Of a stretch of DNA of 64,000 bases, positions 15,655-29,949 are shown in pieces. The notes under the pieces were generated by a model, which did not search any database, had not been told where the DNA came from, and saw only the letters and a program-made list of their open reading frames with translations. This DNA comes from the human T2T-CHM13v2.0 reference genome, Homo sapiens: NCBI GenBank assembly GCA_009914755.4, contig CP068257.2, forward strand, positions 31,200,001 to 31,264,000, written 5' to 3'. Each line of letters begins with the position of its first letter. The first letter of the stretch is position 1. The position numbers and the translations under genes are program-made.

Positions 15655-15938
15655 TCTTTTTTTTTGAGACAGGGTTCCCCAGGCTGGAGTGCAGTGGCAC
15701 AATCATGGCTCACTGCAGCCTCAACCTCCCCAGGCTCAGCTGATCCCCCCACCTCAGCTTCCCAAGTAGCTTGGAGTACAGGCACTTACCACCATGCCCA
15801 GCTACTCTTTCTATTTTTTGTAGAGACGGGGTTTCACCATGTTGCCCAGAATGGCCTCAAACTCCTCGGCTCAAGGGATTGCCTGCCTCAGCCTCCCATA
15901 GTGCTGGGATTACAGGCATGAGCCACCGTGCCTGTCCA
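15655..15938 (-). mobile_element. Alu SINE (antisense)
   Basis: ttttttttgagacagggttccccaggctggagtgcagtggcacaatcatggctcactgcagcc ... gggattacaggcatgagccaccgtgcctgtcc. Confidence 0.9.
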
Positions 15939-18900
15939 CTATTTATTCTATATATATATATGGGAAATATTTACATATATTTGTTTGCTGGACTAGGCAT
16001 TGTGTAACACATAAGTTATCCATTACAATAACAGCATGAGATGCTGTTCTTTCCATTTTACAGATGGGATGGGGAAGCTCAAAGAGGTTAAGAGACCTGC
16101 CCATGGTCACTGGGTGACTGAGGCTTTACCACCATGAAAATCTTTCCATGTAGGTCAACGGCATTTCCTTCTGTAGAGACCTGTGCGCCATGCCCATCCC
16201 TTCCTGCTAATGATGCAGCTAGCTAGCTTGCTTGCTTGCTTGCTTTAGCCTCAGCTCTTTTTTAGAGTAGGAAGGCTTTGTATTTTAGCCTATAGTGTGC
16301 TATTAACAATGCTTTCCATCAGCAGCCTTTGTTTCTCATAAGGAGTAAGACAATAAGCAGCCCTAAGTATTTATTCATTTCTCTTCAACTCTTGCATGGA
16401 ACTTAGGTCAGCTTTAGTTTTACTCCCCTCTGCGTTCTTTGTAATCTTGTGGATTGTATGGAGAAGTCTGCCTCAAACAGATGACCTGATTACTGAAACC
16501 CCCGCATTTTCTGTGGTTTTCCATTGTAAGGGAATCACTGCACTGTAAAATCCATAGGAAAATGCCATTTCTCTAAGCATATTTCTCCAAAAAGTTTTCA
16601 CCAAACATATGCATTTTCTTAACCTGAAGTTCTTCATCAGTCCCGGCCTCTGTCTTTGAAACGCCCAAAATGTGATGATGTAGGAAAAAAAAATTTAGGG
16701 TTGATGGGAAAGGAATGGATTTTAGAGGAAGATGTTTGCAAAGTTCTGGGAGTGGTAAGGAGAAATGGGAAAGGGAGAGAGACCACTCGGGTCTGTTCTG
16801 TGTGCAGCCATAGTATTGTTTGCTATTGAGTTGTTTGTGACTTTCTCTCCCATTCCCATCCTCAGATTTAAATGACCAATTTTGGCATAAGGACTCACAG
16901 GTGCAGAACATTCTATAGGCTTGGACGACTTCATAAAAAATGATTCAATCATATCTGGGACGAAGGCTGTCCCACTTATTCTCTCTAGCAGCCTAATGCT
17001 CTTGCTTTATTCAGATTTCCAATAGCAACTGTCATTGACTTTGTACACTTATGCATTGCATTAAGATTGTACTTATTGTTTGGAACTCTTAATGCTGCAA
17101 ATACCCGTGCAAGACTTAGACGCTGATAAGAGAGGAGGTGGTAAGGAATGTTTGAATTAACTCATAACTGCTACTTGCAAAGTTTCCAAAAGGTCTGATT
17201 TTTAAAAATTGTCTTTAGCATATGTAGAAAGATGTGATCATGAACTCACTGAAATATGGCTACCCTGGGAATATATTTTATAAAGAAGAAAAGAGTTCTT
17301 AATTCAAAGACACTGGGTCATGTTGAAGTTGAAAAAATTCTTGTCTATTACCTTTTTTTCATTTGTGTTCCCTAGAATTCAATAAAAATATATGCTATCA
17401 CTCCTGTCCCTGTCAACTGCTCTGCCTCAGTTATAATATAGCAGAGAGTTATTTAACCTAACCCAGACTAAAAATTATCACCACATCGAGAAATCACCTG
17501 GTAAAAGTATTTACTTTCTTTCCTATAAAGCATTCTCTCTCAGTGATTTTTGCATTAGTTTACTTTAGTCACAAAATGATGCAAACCAACAAGGAAAACT
17601 AAAATGGTTTTTATCTAATGTACATATAATTGCCGATGAAAAAGTTTCAGAAATCTCAATTACCCACTGTATTATTGTAACCTGTTTTAAGCAACAGGTA
17701 CTAAAATGAATAGAAATGAATGTTTTTGATCACTCTCCTTCCCCCTCTGCTCCCTATCGTTTAAAATCACATGTCTTACAGTAATTCCATTAGATTTTCA
17801 GCTGCTTTTCGAGAAGCAGGGTGTCCGAGCACAACAAAATGTTTCCTGCCAAACAATGGTTCTGCTTAATTTGATGCCTTACCCAGAAACCCAACAATAT
17901 TCCATGAGACCATTACACACTATTTTATCCTTTTCTTCTCTTTTTTTAATGTTTCACTTGCAGGAGCAGGGAGGGGAGGGGGAAAGGCTAAAACAAACTA
18001 ATTTTTGGTCATTTTATTCCTTTAGCAAACAGTTTGAAGGCTAACCAATTTGTACTTACAAATCTGGGGCATTAGCAGACGGGGACCCTAAATCCTCATG
18101 CATGCAAGCAGTAACTGTTTGTATGCCAAGCTGTTTGTAAGCCTGATTTGACAGGAGAGAGCTATTCATTCTTTTGTCAACTGTCAGTCTAAAAACGTTA
18201 ACCTGCCTGGGTCCCGGGGTATGGGAGCGCTAAATCTTCCGTCCTACCACTGTATAATGAACAGACTGTTTCATTAGTGGGACAATTCACTCGACAAATC
18301 CAGCCCAAACAACTTATTTCACAATTTGTGAGCAGAATTAAATTTCGGGGGAGTCGCAAGAGGGGGGCGGGAGGGGAGGAGGGGGAGTAGGTGAGCGGCA
18401 CACAATATACTGAGGGATCAATGTGTTGGGATAAGTGTTCCAGGCAATTTTGCTGGCAGTTGTGGGCTGAGGCTTGCAGGGCCACCGCATGCAGATCAGC
18501 GGATTAGGGGGACCGCAGCATTAGGTCAAGTGTCTCGAGGGGAGCTGATAAACACCCCAAACCTGACAACAGATTTTCCTTTCTTCCTGCACCACTTGTT
18601 AAGTGTCAGAGCAAATCTTTTGAATGGCAGTGGAGTTTACTTAGAGGCCCTTTCTTCAAGAAGACACTCTATCCATTTTCTGAAGCCCATTCCAGGCTGC
18701 CTCAGGAATAAATTTGCCCCACATCTCACACACACAAAAAAACGTCTTTTTCCTCCACATCTTGACTATGAGCCTTTGTCTCAAGGTGTGTGAACCAGAA
18801 CAAAAATCCACATCAAGAGCCCCTAAGGTTTCAGAGCCTCTGGATTTAGCTTTAATACAAATTAAACACTTTGAAGATTACACAAATACTTTTTTTTTTT

Positions 18901-20102
18901 TGGTCACAGAAAAGTCTCATTTTAAACATTACCAATGTATGGATTCTGTTAAACGGAGAAATTTTAAGCAGCAAAGGGTCATAGAATGACTAGATCTTAA
19001 CAATATCCTATATGTACATTGCTGTTAATTCAAACAGAGTAAATAGCCAGCATGCTATATTTCTTTCAATTTAAGAATCCCAAACAGGAGAAGCCAGCCA
19101 TGCTTATTGTATTAAGTTGTATCTCTGTGTTAACTCAAAGTACGTGATAGAAAATCTGTGTTGCAACATTTAAAATTTGCTTACTAGTTTTGAGCAGAGA
19201 AGTTTATTTTCACTTTGAGATGTTCTAAAATGTTTAAATAGCCTCAAATGTTTGAGGGCTTTTTGTTGCAGCTTGGTTTTGCATTATGGTTTTGTTTTTT
19301 ATTTCTTTTGGCTGTTTAATTTTTGATTTGGTATGGTGTGCAAATCTAATGTGAAGTTTTCAAGTGACCACTGTTAAAAGGATCAAGTAGGAAAGTCCTC
19401 TGAATATTAGCATGTCATTTTCCCAGACATTTGCACTGGAGCCATTTTGGGCAATCGGTTTGAAGATATTTTCCTTTTAATAAGTATTTTCTATCAAATA
19501 GAGTCTTATGGAAGAGAAAATAAGTGTTTTGGCTATATTTTTACAATACTTTTTTGAATTTAGGTAGTGGAAAATATGTTACTGAAGTACTGAACAATAT
19601 TTCTGTGCTGGACCAACACTATGATAATTATTTCAATATTATTGATTTCTATTGTGAACTCCACCTACTCTATAGAGAATATTTAATCAGGCAAACTAGT
19701 ACTTATGCCAAAAATGCTTCTTATTCTCCCTCTTCCGCTAGAAAATTTCGCAGGATTAGAGCTATTATACTATCTAGTAGTTACATCTTTGGTGCCTGAG
19801 GATCTCAACACTAAATGGAACCATTACAGGACATTCTACACTCACTCTATACGCTGGATTCCTGTTATATGAAGAGATTCATTATTCTTTACCTCATTTT
19901 CACCATTTTTTAGGAAAGAAAAATGTACTGTATTTCACTGTGCTGAATGCAACTGCCAATCAAGATAGTCTGCAGCCTACCTGTGGACCTTAATGATTTC
20001 ACATGTTCTGCGGAAGAATTTCTCCCCCACCTCCAATGACTATGGCATTCCTTGGGAAAGTTAGCTTGGTATTTACTTTTCCCCAGCAGGTCCCAAGCTG
20101 AC

Positions 20103-20175
20103 CAAAAAAATAAATAAAAATAAAAAATAAAATCAACAACAACAACAACAACAACAAAAACACAAAACAACAATC
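20103..20175. repeat. A-rich / (CAA)n simple repeat
   Basis: aaaaaaataaataaaaataaaaaataaaatcaacaacaacaacaacaacaaaaacacaaaacaacaa. Confidence 0.9.
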
Positions 20176-20886
20176 AGTTAGCCAGGCTGTTTCAATGGCC
20201 CAATAAGTTCCATGATAGCAAGAATTCTATGAATAATAATGGGACATGGAATCCCATGCAGCCTCGCGGAGAGCTCAGCCAAATCACCCGGAAATTCTGC
20301 TTCATCACAGCCCTTTCTCTTGCCATAAAACTGCTTGGGCTCTGTCTTTGCTTCCACATCATTTAAGCCTTTCTGCCGACCCTCCAGCAATTCCATCCCT
20401 GGGGCCTCCGCCCGTCACTATGCTGGGGCTCCCCAGGGCTTCTCAAGAGGCTCCGTCAGCTCCATCCTAGAGGCCTCTTCACAGCACCAGATGAAGTCCA
20501 CACCTCCTTTTGTAGGACGTTCAAGCAACACAGGCCAGAGTAAGGATCAAAGTAAAAGTCATCCTAAATTCACCACTGAGAGATACCACTGCCGGTAAAC
20601 AGGAGACTGCTTTTTCGGATGTCTACGCATTTATACATCTTGCCCAGTAACAATGGTACTATATCATACATACCATTTTCTTTTATTTTATTTGTATAAA
20701 TTTATGAGGTGCAAGTGGAATTTTGTTGTATAGACAGATTGTGTAGTGGTGAAGTCAAGGCTTTTAGTGTGTCCATCATGCAAATGAGGAATATTGTACC
20801 CATTAATTAATTTCTCATCATCCACCCCCTCCCATCCATACATACCATTTTATAAATAGCTTGTTTTAGCCAACAATATGTCATGA

Positions 20887-21227
<341 letters not shown>

Positions 21228-21754
21228 CATATTCCTTTTTAAAGACAGCATCAGAGTTCATCATATAGATATTCTTTAATTATATAATTAATCCCTTTTG
21301 TGGGCCATTTGTGGGGGTGCTCATTTTTTTCTTATTAGAAAGAAAGCTGAAATCAATGTCTTGTACAAATACCTTTTGTGTACTTCTCTGGTTAGCGCTT
21401 TAAGATAAAGACTTAAAAGAGGCATTGTTAGCTCAAAGGATATATATATTTTCACATATGTAGTTAAGCTGACCTCTGGAAATTTATCATATTATGCAAA
21501 TCCTGTCAGCTGCTTTTCAGGGGCAGGAACGCAGTGGGGCAGGGAGGCCATATTTACTTGTGACACAGGATTTTTCTTGGCCACTTTGCCAACTGGGGAC
21601 TTCCATGGCCAGTGACCCCCTCCCTGCCCAGACGTCGCTTAGCCCGGCCTGCCTCTGGAGGCGCCCTGCCCACTTGGCCCACCAGTGTTATAGCTTGTAC
21701 CCAAGTTTGGTGATTCCTAAGCTCTTGTGTCATGTCCAAGCAGAAAGAGGATAT

Positions 21755-22235
21755 GCTGCTGACAATTGAAGGGTGAGGATGGATGGAGAAGAATTTTATT
21801 GAGCGATGGAACAGCTCTCAGTGGAGAGGGAACATGGCGGGGGTGGTCCCCCACCCCTGCACTCAGGTGGTTTCTCTCTCCCAGTGTGGCTGAGTCAGGG
21901 ACTTTTATGGGCTCAGAATAGGGGAGTGTGTGCTGTTTGGTTTGTGAGTATGCAAAGAAAGGCTAAAGCAAAGGCACCACTAAAGGTGGGCACAGCAGTG
22001 TAGAAAACCAATTAGAAAAAGGTAAGTATATGTAAAATAGGTGAGGGGTGGGGACGAATCAGAGGAAAGTGTGCCAAATGGGAAGACAGGTTCTCAATCC
22101 AATCTGTGGATTTGACGTGTAGCTTGGCTTTCAGGCTTTAAACTGTCTTTAGCTTGAAGGTCAGGTTTCACTGGGGACCTGCCCATATCTGCCTAGGTAT
22201 TTGTCTGCCTCCTGCCGCTATCAATTGCCCCCTCT
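21755..22235 (-). mobile_element. ERV-type LTR (family not assigned), proposed 3' LTR of a minus-strand provirus remnant
   Basis: ~480-bp block that is ~90% identical to 28313-28790 in direct orientation. On the minus strand it starts TGATAG..., carries CCCATAAAAGTCC (TATA-like) and, ~130 bp downstream, GCTCAATAAAATTCTTC (poly(A) signal), and ends ...CATATCCTCA. A purine tract agaggggg lies just upstream in element sense. Confidence 0.6.
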
Positions 22236-25200
22236 GAAGAGGTACCTCTAACTGTCATTAGGATAAGAACGGTGACCGATCTTAACTGCTTCATGCTGAC
22301 AGGAGGTGCCATTTTGGGAAAATGGCAGTCAGTTCTCCCTCAGAGGCCTCTCTAAGGGTCCCTGACAAAAGGGAGCCATTGTCTGAGGCTCCAGTTGCAT
22401 GACCATTTGCAGTTTGATGGCCTGAAGGTGAAAAGAGACAAACCAGGTTATTAGAAGACATGTATCAAAATGAAACAAGGGGGTAAGGACAGTTCAAAAA
22501 TCCCAAGGTTGCCAACATGCCCAGATAACTGATGGCTATAGTTATGCCTGCTAAGATTTGAGTGCATGGAGCTTGGCTTTGGTTAGCTCCCTTGGTCTTA
22601 TTTTCCCAAACAAAGAAATCTTGGGGTTATGGGCACCCTATTTACTCCTATCACCTGGCAGGATTTGCAGGATAATTGCCCAGAACTAGAATATTGATCC
22701 AGATTTTTACATTACCCAGCCCTTCTGTTTCTTCTGAGCTGCAGCTGGAGATCACTGGTTGGTTCACAGGAATAAGCAGGGTTAGTCTAAAATGCAGACA
22801 AAAACTTAAAAACAATGAGACTAGAATTTAATGTCAAGTGTACGATAAGTTTTGAAACATATTTTTTTCTCTCTCCAGTCCTCATTTTTGTTAAAAACAA
22901 ATCATGATAGGACTGAGTTGTTTGCAAAATAAACTTTCATCTTATATATGGCTTAATTATCTGCATAAAGTGCAGGAAGAATAATTATTTTCACATAGGC
23001 TTTTCTAAGTTGGCTTTGATGAAACTCTGTTCCAGAAGTAATCTTAGATAAAACTTTTCAAAGCTGAGCTCAGCCATGGGTTTATACCCTCAAATACCTA
23101 TGATTTGGGTAAATTCCTCTCTTCCTGAGGTTCTAAGAAAGCTTGGGGCTGCTGGGCCTGTTAGAAAGTGACATTCTTTACTCACCACAGGTTACGAACC
23201 CTGTAAAGGAACTGTGTAGACAAGGTGTGAGGCCAGGTTTCCCAAGGGGCTTTTATTGGTTCTGCAAGTCAAGCTTGATTCCCTAAAGGAAAGTACATCA
23301 TTCCAGTCAAAGCCTTGGCAGAACAACCAGTTTCTCCAATTGAATATTGTTGCAAAAGAAAATGGATTCTTATTGCACTGGTGCAAATAACTATATTGCC
23401 GTAAGTTAAGGATACTCGCAAATAGTTTCCAAATTCTAGAGAAACCAGGCAGAGAGAAACAAATATGCTCCAAATTTTGTTCACAGTAGTATACCTTACT
23501 CAATTGTTAAAAGTTGTAGATAGCTCAAAAGATTCCTTGACTCTGAAAAACAAAACAAGGATCAGCAATGTTTTAAGCAAAATTTTGAAAACATTACTTC
23601 AGTTTTCTATTGATTCAGTCCAATATCTGCTTGATATTCATGAACATTTCAGCTCTTCATGAGTCCTGAATGTTTTTCCTTTATTCCAATGTCACAATCT
23701 CCAAAGATATCAGGAACCTGCATTTAAGAGCACCTGTCAAAGTTCTATAGCTGATTATCAACCATCTTTTGAAAAGGAACAATACAAGACAACAATTATC
23801 TGTGAATGACAAAATGTTCAGGCTAGTTACAGTTAAAAACTTGATTGACAGAGAAATTTGGCTACTTGTATGGTTTACAATAACTTAACATAATAACCTT
23901 AATTATGATTGATAACATATACTCAGACATTAGAATTTTAGAAATCCTAAGCAATTTTGGAACATACATTAATATTATTCACCAAAATAGAACCTGAAAA
24001 TTAAATGTTATTTTTATTTTGGCAATCCCATGTAACTAAACATGTCAAATAATCCTGTTTACCTCTCTTTTGGATGTTCCAGGGGCCCTCTGTAGCATCC
24101 AAAAGTTAGGGGCTAGAAAAGACAACCTTGAAGCTAAAGTTTGATTTTTGGGGAAGCCTACAAACATGTTAAAGGTTTAAAACATTTGATATTATGCAAT
24201 AGAATTCCAGGTTACCACAAGTCATTTATTTAGCCAAAATAATGATTTAAAACATTTTTAAAAAGGCAAAAACCTTTACATACTAAGAGGGAAGACTTAG
24301 CTTTCCAAACAATCTGTCTTGTCTTCCTCCCTCCTTTTTTTGAAACCTTATAGATAATTCTATCCAATCTTAACCAGTTTGACCATGAGGTGAGGTTCCT
24401 ATAAACCTTTTATAACCCTTTACAAATTTTTGTTAAAGAGCAGATCAATGCATTAAGAAAACCCTGTTATGCTTTAATTCCAATGCTTGATTTACGGAAA
24501 AACCAAATCATACCCTTTTGAATTTAGTTGATCTCAAATGAAGTTTCTTTTACAAGATTAATTTTTACCAACCTTTCACAACTTCTTTAAACCTTTAGCT
24601 TTATCTTATCTGATTTAAAACAATTCTTTAACCCTCTAAACTAGGCAAAAATTTATATTCCCATGCCTTCTTATAATATTTTACCAAAAATATATTTTAC
24701 TTTCTTTACACACCTTGCATGTAAATCTATTTTTAGTAGTCCCAATTATGTGTTATAATGGTAACTCTTAGCAATTTTTAATTTTAGTGTAAAACCTGGT
24801 AAGCTGTTTTAATTATGTACTAGGTGCAGCTAAGATCTGACACTTTCCAGTATAGTAAGAGGTATAGTTAACTCCACATGTCCCAAGGCCTTACCAAACT
24901 GTAAAGCAGACAAGCCGAACAGTTTTCAAAATCCAAAGAAGCAGTTTATGACCTTAGAGCATTTAGCAAACCTAATATCTGAACATAATTTAGACCACAT
25001 GTTTACATTTTGAAGACATTTGTATTTTACCAATAATCTTTAAAACTGTTTTTATTTCTCAAAGATTAAAGTCATGTGAACTAAATGGCATTACAGCTTT
25101 TATTTTTCCTTTAAAATTTTTGATCTAAGCCTTTATTTTCTTTAAGCCAATTAATTAGAGCTCCTTTTTATACAGACAGACAGAAGAAGATCCAGTAGTT

Positions 25201-25492
25201 GTAAGATTTTTCATCTGCCAGTTTCTTAATTTGATTACTGGCCTCAGGGTGGAGCCCTTCAAGAGCAGGGCTAGGAAAGCATGCAGTTTCTAGGGCTAAT
25301 AAACAGGCATAGCAGGAAGACAAATACAGATTTTGAGAGGGTTCTATCCACTTTTAATTCCTGGTGTTCCATGAGGAAAACACAGGTTTTTGCCCAAAAT
25401 GGGGTCCATGGCACCTTTTCTGTTTTTCCCAAGCCATCCCAGGCTATCAGAAGTTGTCTTAGGGCCTCTCATGTGTGCATTAAGGGTGGCAA

Positions 25493-25943
<451 letters not shown>

Positions 25944-26559
25944 TTAATTAAGGTGACTTTTAGCTGTAGCACTCTTTAAAAAATTCTTTTAATTCCCTTA
26001 TTACCCAACTTTAGCCATGCCAAGCAGCTGATATTTCTGACTTTTGAACTTTACCAAAATTAACCTCACAGGTGAAACCAACAAACCTCAACTAAGGTTG
26101 ATTTAATCATGAGTGTACAAGGCATTTTCAGAGGTGGTAGGCACTTTTTACAAAATCTAAAATCTTTAAAGGTAGCTCAGAGAAAATGTTATGGGATCAT
26201 TGAGGTGCCGCTTTTCTGGCCAGAAACCTCTGTGCAGAAACCCACAGTGGGGCGGGCAGCTCCAGGTGTCTGCACAGGTGCTGGCTGTCTGCAAGGCTAT
26301 GGCTGGACCAGGCACACCACAAGCAATTTCCAGAGATGGCACTGGGGAACATGGTGGCACCCAGAAGCTTGAACATGCCAGAAATCACAGGGCCCCAAGG
26401 AGGGAGTCACAGTCCTGGCTGAGGGAGCTCCCTGGTCTTGGCTCCCTGAAAGGTTGCAGCTCTTTTCTCCATCTCTTCACCTGTAATGTGGCAAGCAAAG
26501 GGCATGTCTCAACCCTGTTTGTGTTACAGCTCTTTTAGCCTCGCCATTTGGCAGGTCCC

Positions 26560-26830
26560 AAGTCTTGTCCTGTGACCAGGAAGAATAGGTATGCTGACAA
26601 GTGGAGGGCGAGCAAGAAGAAGAGGAGGTTTATTGAGTAATAGAACAGCTGAGAGGAGACCCTCAGTTTGTAGCTCCTTTCCACAGTCAGGGTGTCCTGA
26701 TGAATGTTCAGCTCCTAGCAGAGAGGGTAGCTCCTCTCTACAGCTGGTCATCCTGTCATCTGCTCTGCTCTGGTTGAGCATGGGGCTTTTATGGGCCTCA
26801 GTGGGGAGAAAGTGTATATCAATTGGTCCA
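26560..26830 (-). mobile_element. Diverged third copy of the LTR-like element (related subfamily), partial
   Basis: gaataggtatgctgacaagtggagggcgagcaagaagaagaggaggtttattgagtaatagaacagctgagagg ... ggggcttttatgggcctcagtgggg parallels the LTR sequence gaggatatgctgctgacaattgaagggtgaggatgg...aattttattgagcgatggaacagctctcagtggagagg...gggacttttatgggctcagaatagggg. Confidence 0.4.
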
Positions 26831-28312
26831 TGGGTGGCCATGGGGGGCACCTGGAAAAGGCACCACAAATTCCCACTTTGGTCTGCAGTTCTGGCAGCCT
26901 CGCCCCCAGCCATCAGGCCCTCCCTGGCCTGAGGTGGGGCCTCACCAGGGACCCACCTCCTTCTGCCCAGGAGCCTGTCTGCCCCCCTGCCACTGTCCAT
27001 GGTGCCCAGGCTACTTGTGACAAGTAGCACCTGCAGACCAGTGCCGAGCTACCCTCAGTGCCCCTCTCAGCTTCCCCACCATGCTTGTCAGTGCCCAATG
27101 TCTAGAGGAGGCTGAGGCAGCAGGGGGCTGGTGTGTCTGGTGTGCCAGTACTGCCCCAAGTGTGCGCGTACCTGGCTGGGCTGTGACAGTGCCCATGCTG
27201 GACTCCAACCCCGCTCCAAGATCAGAGCAGGTGCTGGGAGCTGGGAGAGGCCAGGCAGCAGGAGCAGACACCCCTGAGGGTGCAGAGTGCAGAGACACCC
27301 AGGTCCTGCACCTGGGAGGGCAGGACTCCTGCCCTCTCTGAGGAGCATGCAAGAAGCCCTGGCTGTGCTTCCTCGCAGCTTGGGGTGGGGGCTCCAGGTC
27401 CTCACTGGGCCCCTCTGTCCCCACCCCTCTGTGCCCAACCATGCTTTTCCCCTCCATTGGGCAGCTTGATCTAGCCCCTTCATGGCAGCCTCCAGGACAG
27501 CAGGCTTTTGGGGGGTTCCCACTTGTCCCTGGCTCCTGCTGGCTCCATGGAGAGTGGCACTGCCCTGGGCCCAACTCTACCTTCTCCTTGAGCCCTCCCC
27601 TGCAGTGGTGGCAGATGAGAGCAGCAACTCGGAGCCAGGGTCTGGAGTTACGAAGGCTAAGGCCCTGGGGGCAGGTCCCACCTGGCTGCTGTGCCAGGGT
27701 GGGGGCTGCACAGTCAGCTGCCTCAGGGACATGGGGCACAGGGGGCCCACCGCCACCATTGCTGTTCCCACAGCTGCTCCTGTCACCACCTCTCACACCT
27801 CCCCACTGCAGTCAGTGCAGTGGTTGCTCTGGACAGCCCACTGCTGCCATCAAAAGGAAGCTAGAAGTTGTTCATGGAGGGGAGGAGAATCAGCAAATGG
27901 TAAAAGTCATGCAGATATTAACCAGAAAGTACTCATTGCCTAAGCCAGGACTGAACCCGGGACTCCATTGCAAAATGGCAAAGACCAAAAGAAAGTACTG
28001 CCATGTGGTTACAAGGTCCAGCTGCAAAGGACGTAAAACAAGATGGAGACCTCATCCAGTTCTTTTCTTTAGAGACCTGTAGCAAAGTTTGTTACTAAAC
28101 AGTTTGCCAGGCTGGCTTGAACAGTGGGCTTACGGGGTCCTAGGCCCATGTTCTATCCTAAGGCATCCCTCTTTCTGATGGAAAGATACAGAAAGACAAA
28201 TTCTTAATACAATGGATTCACTATAGCTTAAGACTAGTCTCACAAATCCCTTTTTCCATTAATCAAAATTTACGGAGGATATAAACAATGATTTTTACCA
28301 ATCACTGAATGA

Positions 28313-28790
28313 GGATATGCCGACAATTGAAGGGTGAGGATGGGTGGATAAGAATTTTATTGAGTGATGGAACAGCTCTCAGTGGAGAGGGAACATCGGG
28401 GGTGGTCCCCCACCCCTGCAGTGGGGTGGATTCCCTCTCCCAGTGTGGCTGAGTCTGGGACTTTTATGGGCTCAGAATAGGGGAGTGTGTGCTGATTGGC
28501 TTGTGAGTATGCAAAGAAAGGCTAAAGCAAAAGCACCACTCAAAGGTGGGCACAGCAGTGTAGAAAGACAATTAGGAAAGGATAGATATGTAAAATAGAT
28601 GAAGGGTGGGGATCAGTCAGAGGAAAGTGTGCCAAACAGGAAGACAGGTTCTCAATCCAGTCTGTGGATTTGACTTGTAGCTTGGCTTTCAGGCTTTAAA
28701 CTGTCTTCAGCTTGGAGGTGGGGTTTAACCAGGGACCTGCCCCTATCTGCATAGGCATTTGGCTGCCTCTTGCCACTATCACTTGTATTA
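28313..28790 (-). mobile_element. ERV-type LTR (family not assigned), proposed 5' LTR of a minus-strand provirus remnant
   Basis: Direct repeat of 21755-22235 (about 45-50 mismatches or indels over ~480 bp). Same TATA-like and AATAAA motifs on the minus strand. Confidence 0.6.
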
Positions 28791-29493
28791 ATTCAGCCTC
28801 TTGTAGCCTGCAGCTCTCATGCCTTGGAACTAGGGTTTGTCCTGTAGGTTCTCATCAAAGCAATTTACAAAATAGTTCTTCTGATTTCTCCCTTTCTTTT
28901 TTCTTACCTAAGTAACTCAAGACATTTTAGGGACCAATTTCCTAATGCTTATAAAAGTCTCTTGAATTATTTGAATAAAGTGGTGATATAAGAGAAGCAT
29001 GTCAATCCTTGCATTTCATGTGTCAAAAGGCTTAGCTGGCCTGTGGATCATCTTCCCATACTTTCTTTGATTTTGATGCCTTTCTTTGTCACTGTATCTG
29101 AAAAGACCAAATCCAGGGACATGCCTCTCACCTCTAGTCATAGTGGAGGTTCACTCTATATTATTTTTAGTTTTGTTGAAATTATTAAACTGACACTGTC
29201 AAATTCCACAAAACTTGTAAAAATCAAAAAGAAAACACATCACAAATAATTTCTCTGAGTTATGACATCATCTTCACAACCATCATTGACAAGGCTCCAC
29301 AAGGGTTGGCCCCATTGATGAATGTGCCTCCCCTTTATGGCTGGGATGTGGTGTTTTTACTTAAACCAAGAAATAAAGGGATTTATGAACTTTCAGAACA
29401 TTGGCTTCTCAAAAGTATACAATGCTTTTTCTTTATAAATAAGATTGTTTTGCTTTTCAAAATTAAGTATTTTTACTTGTACAGTAAATATGA

Positions 29494-29949
<456 letters not shown>

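Noticed and set aside
27011-27796. The longest ORF in the window (261 aa, minus strand), with overlapping 213-aa, 153-aa and 144-aa ORFs on both strands.
   Set aside because: The ORFs lie in a GC-rich, stop-codon-poor block. They overlap on both strands, are low-complexity (G/P/A/S-rich) and have no recognisable domains, and the region is CpG-depleted old sequence. This is a compositional artefact, kept only as a finding to be tested by blastx.
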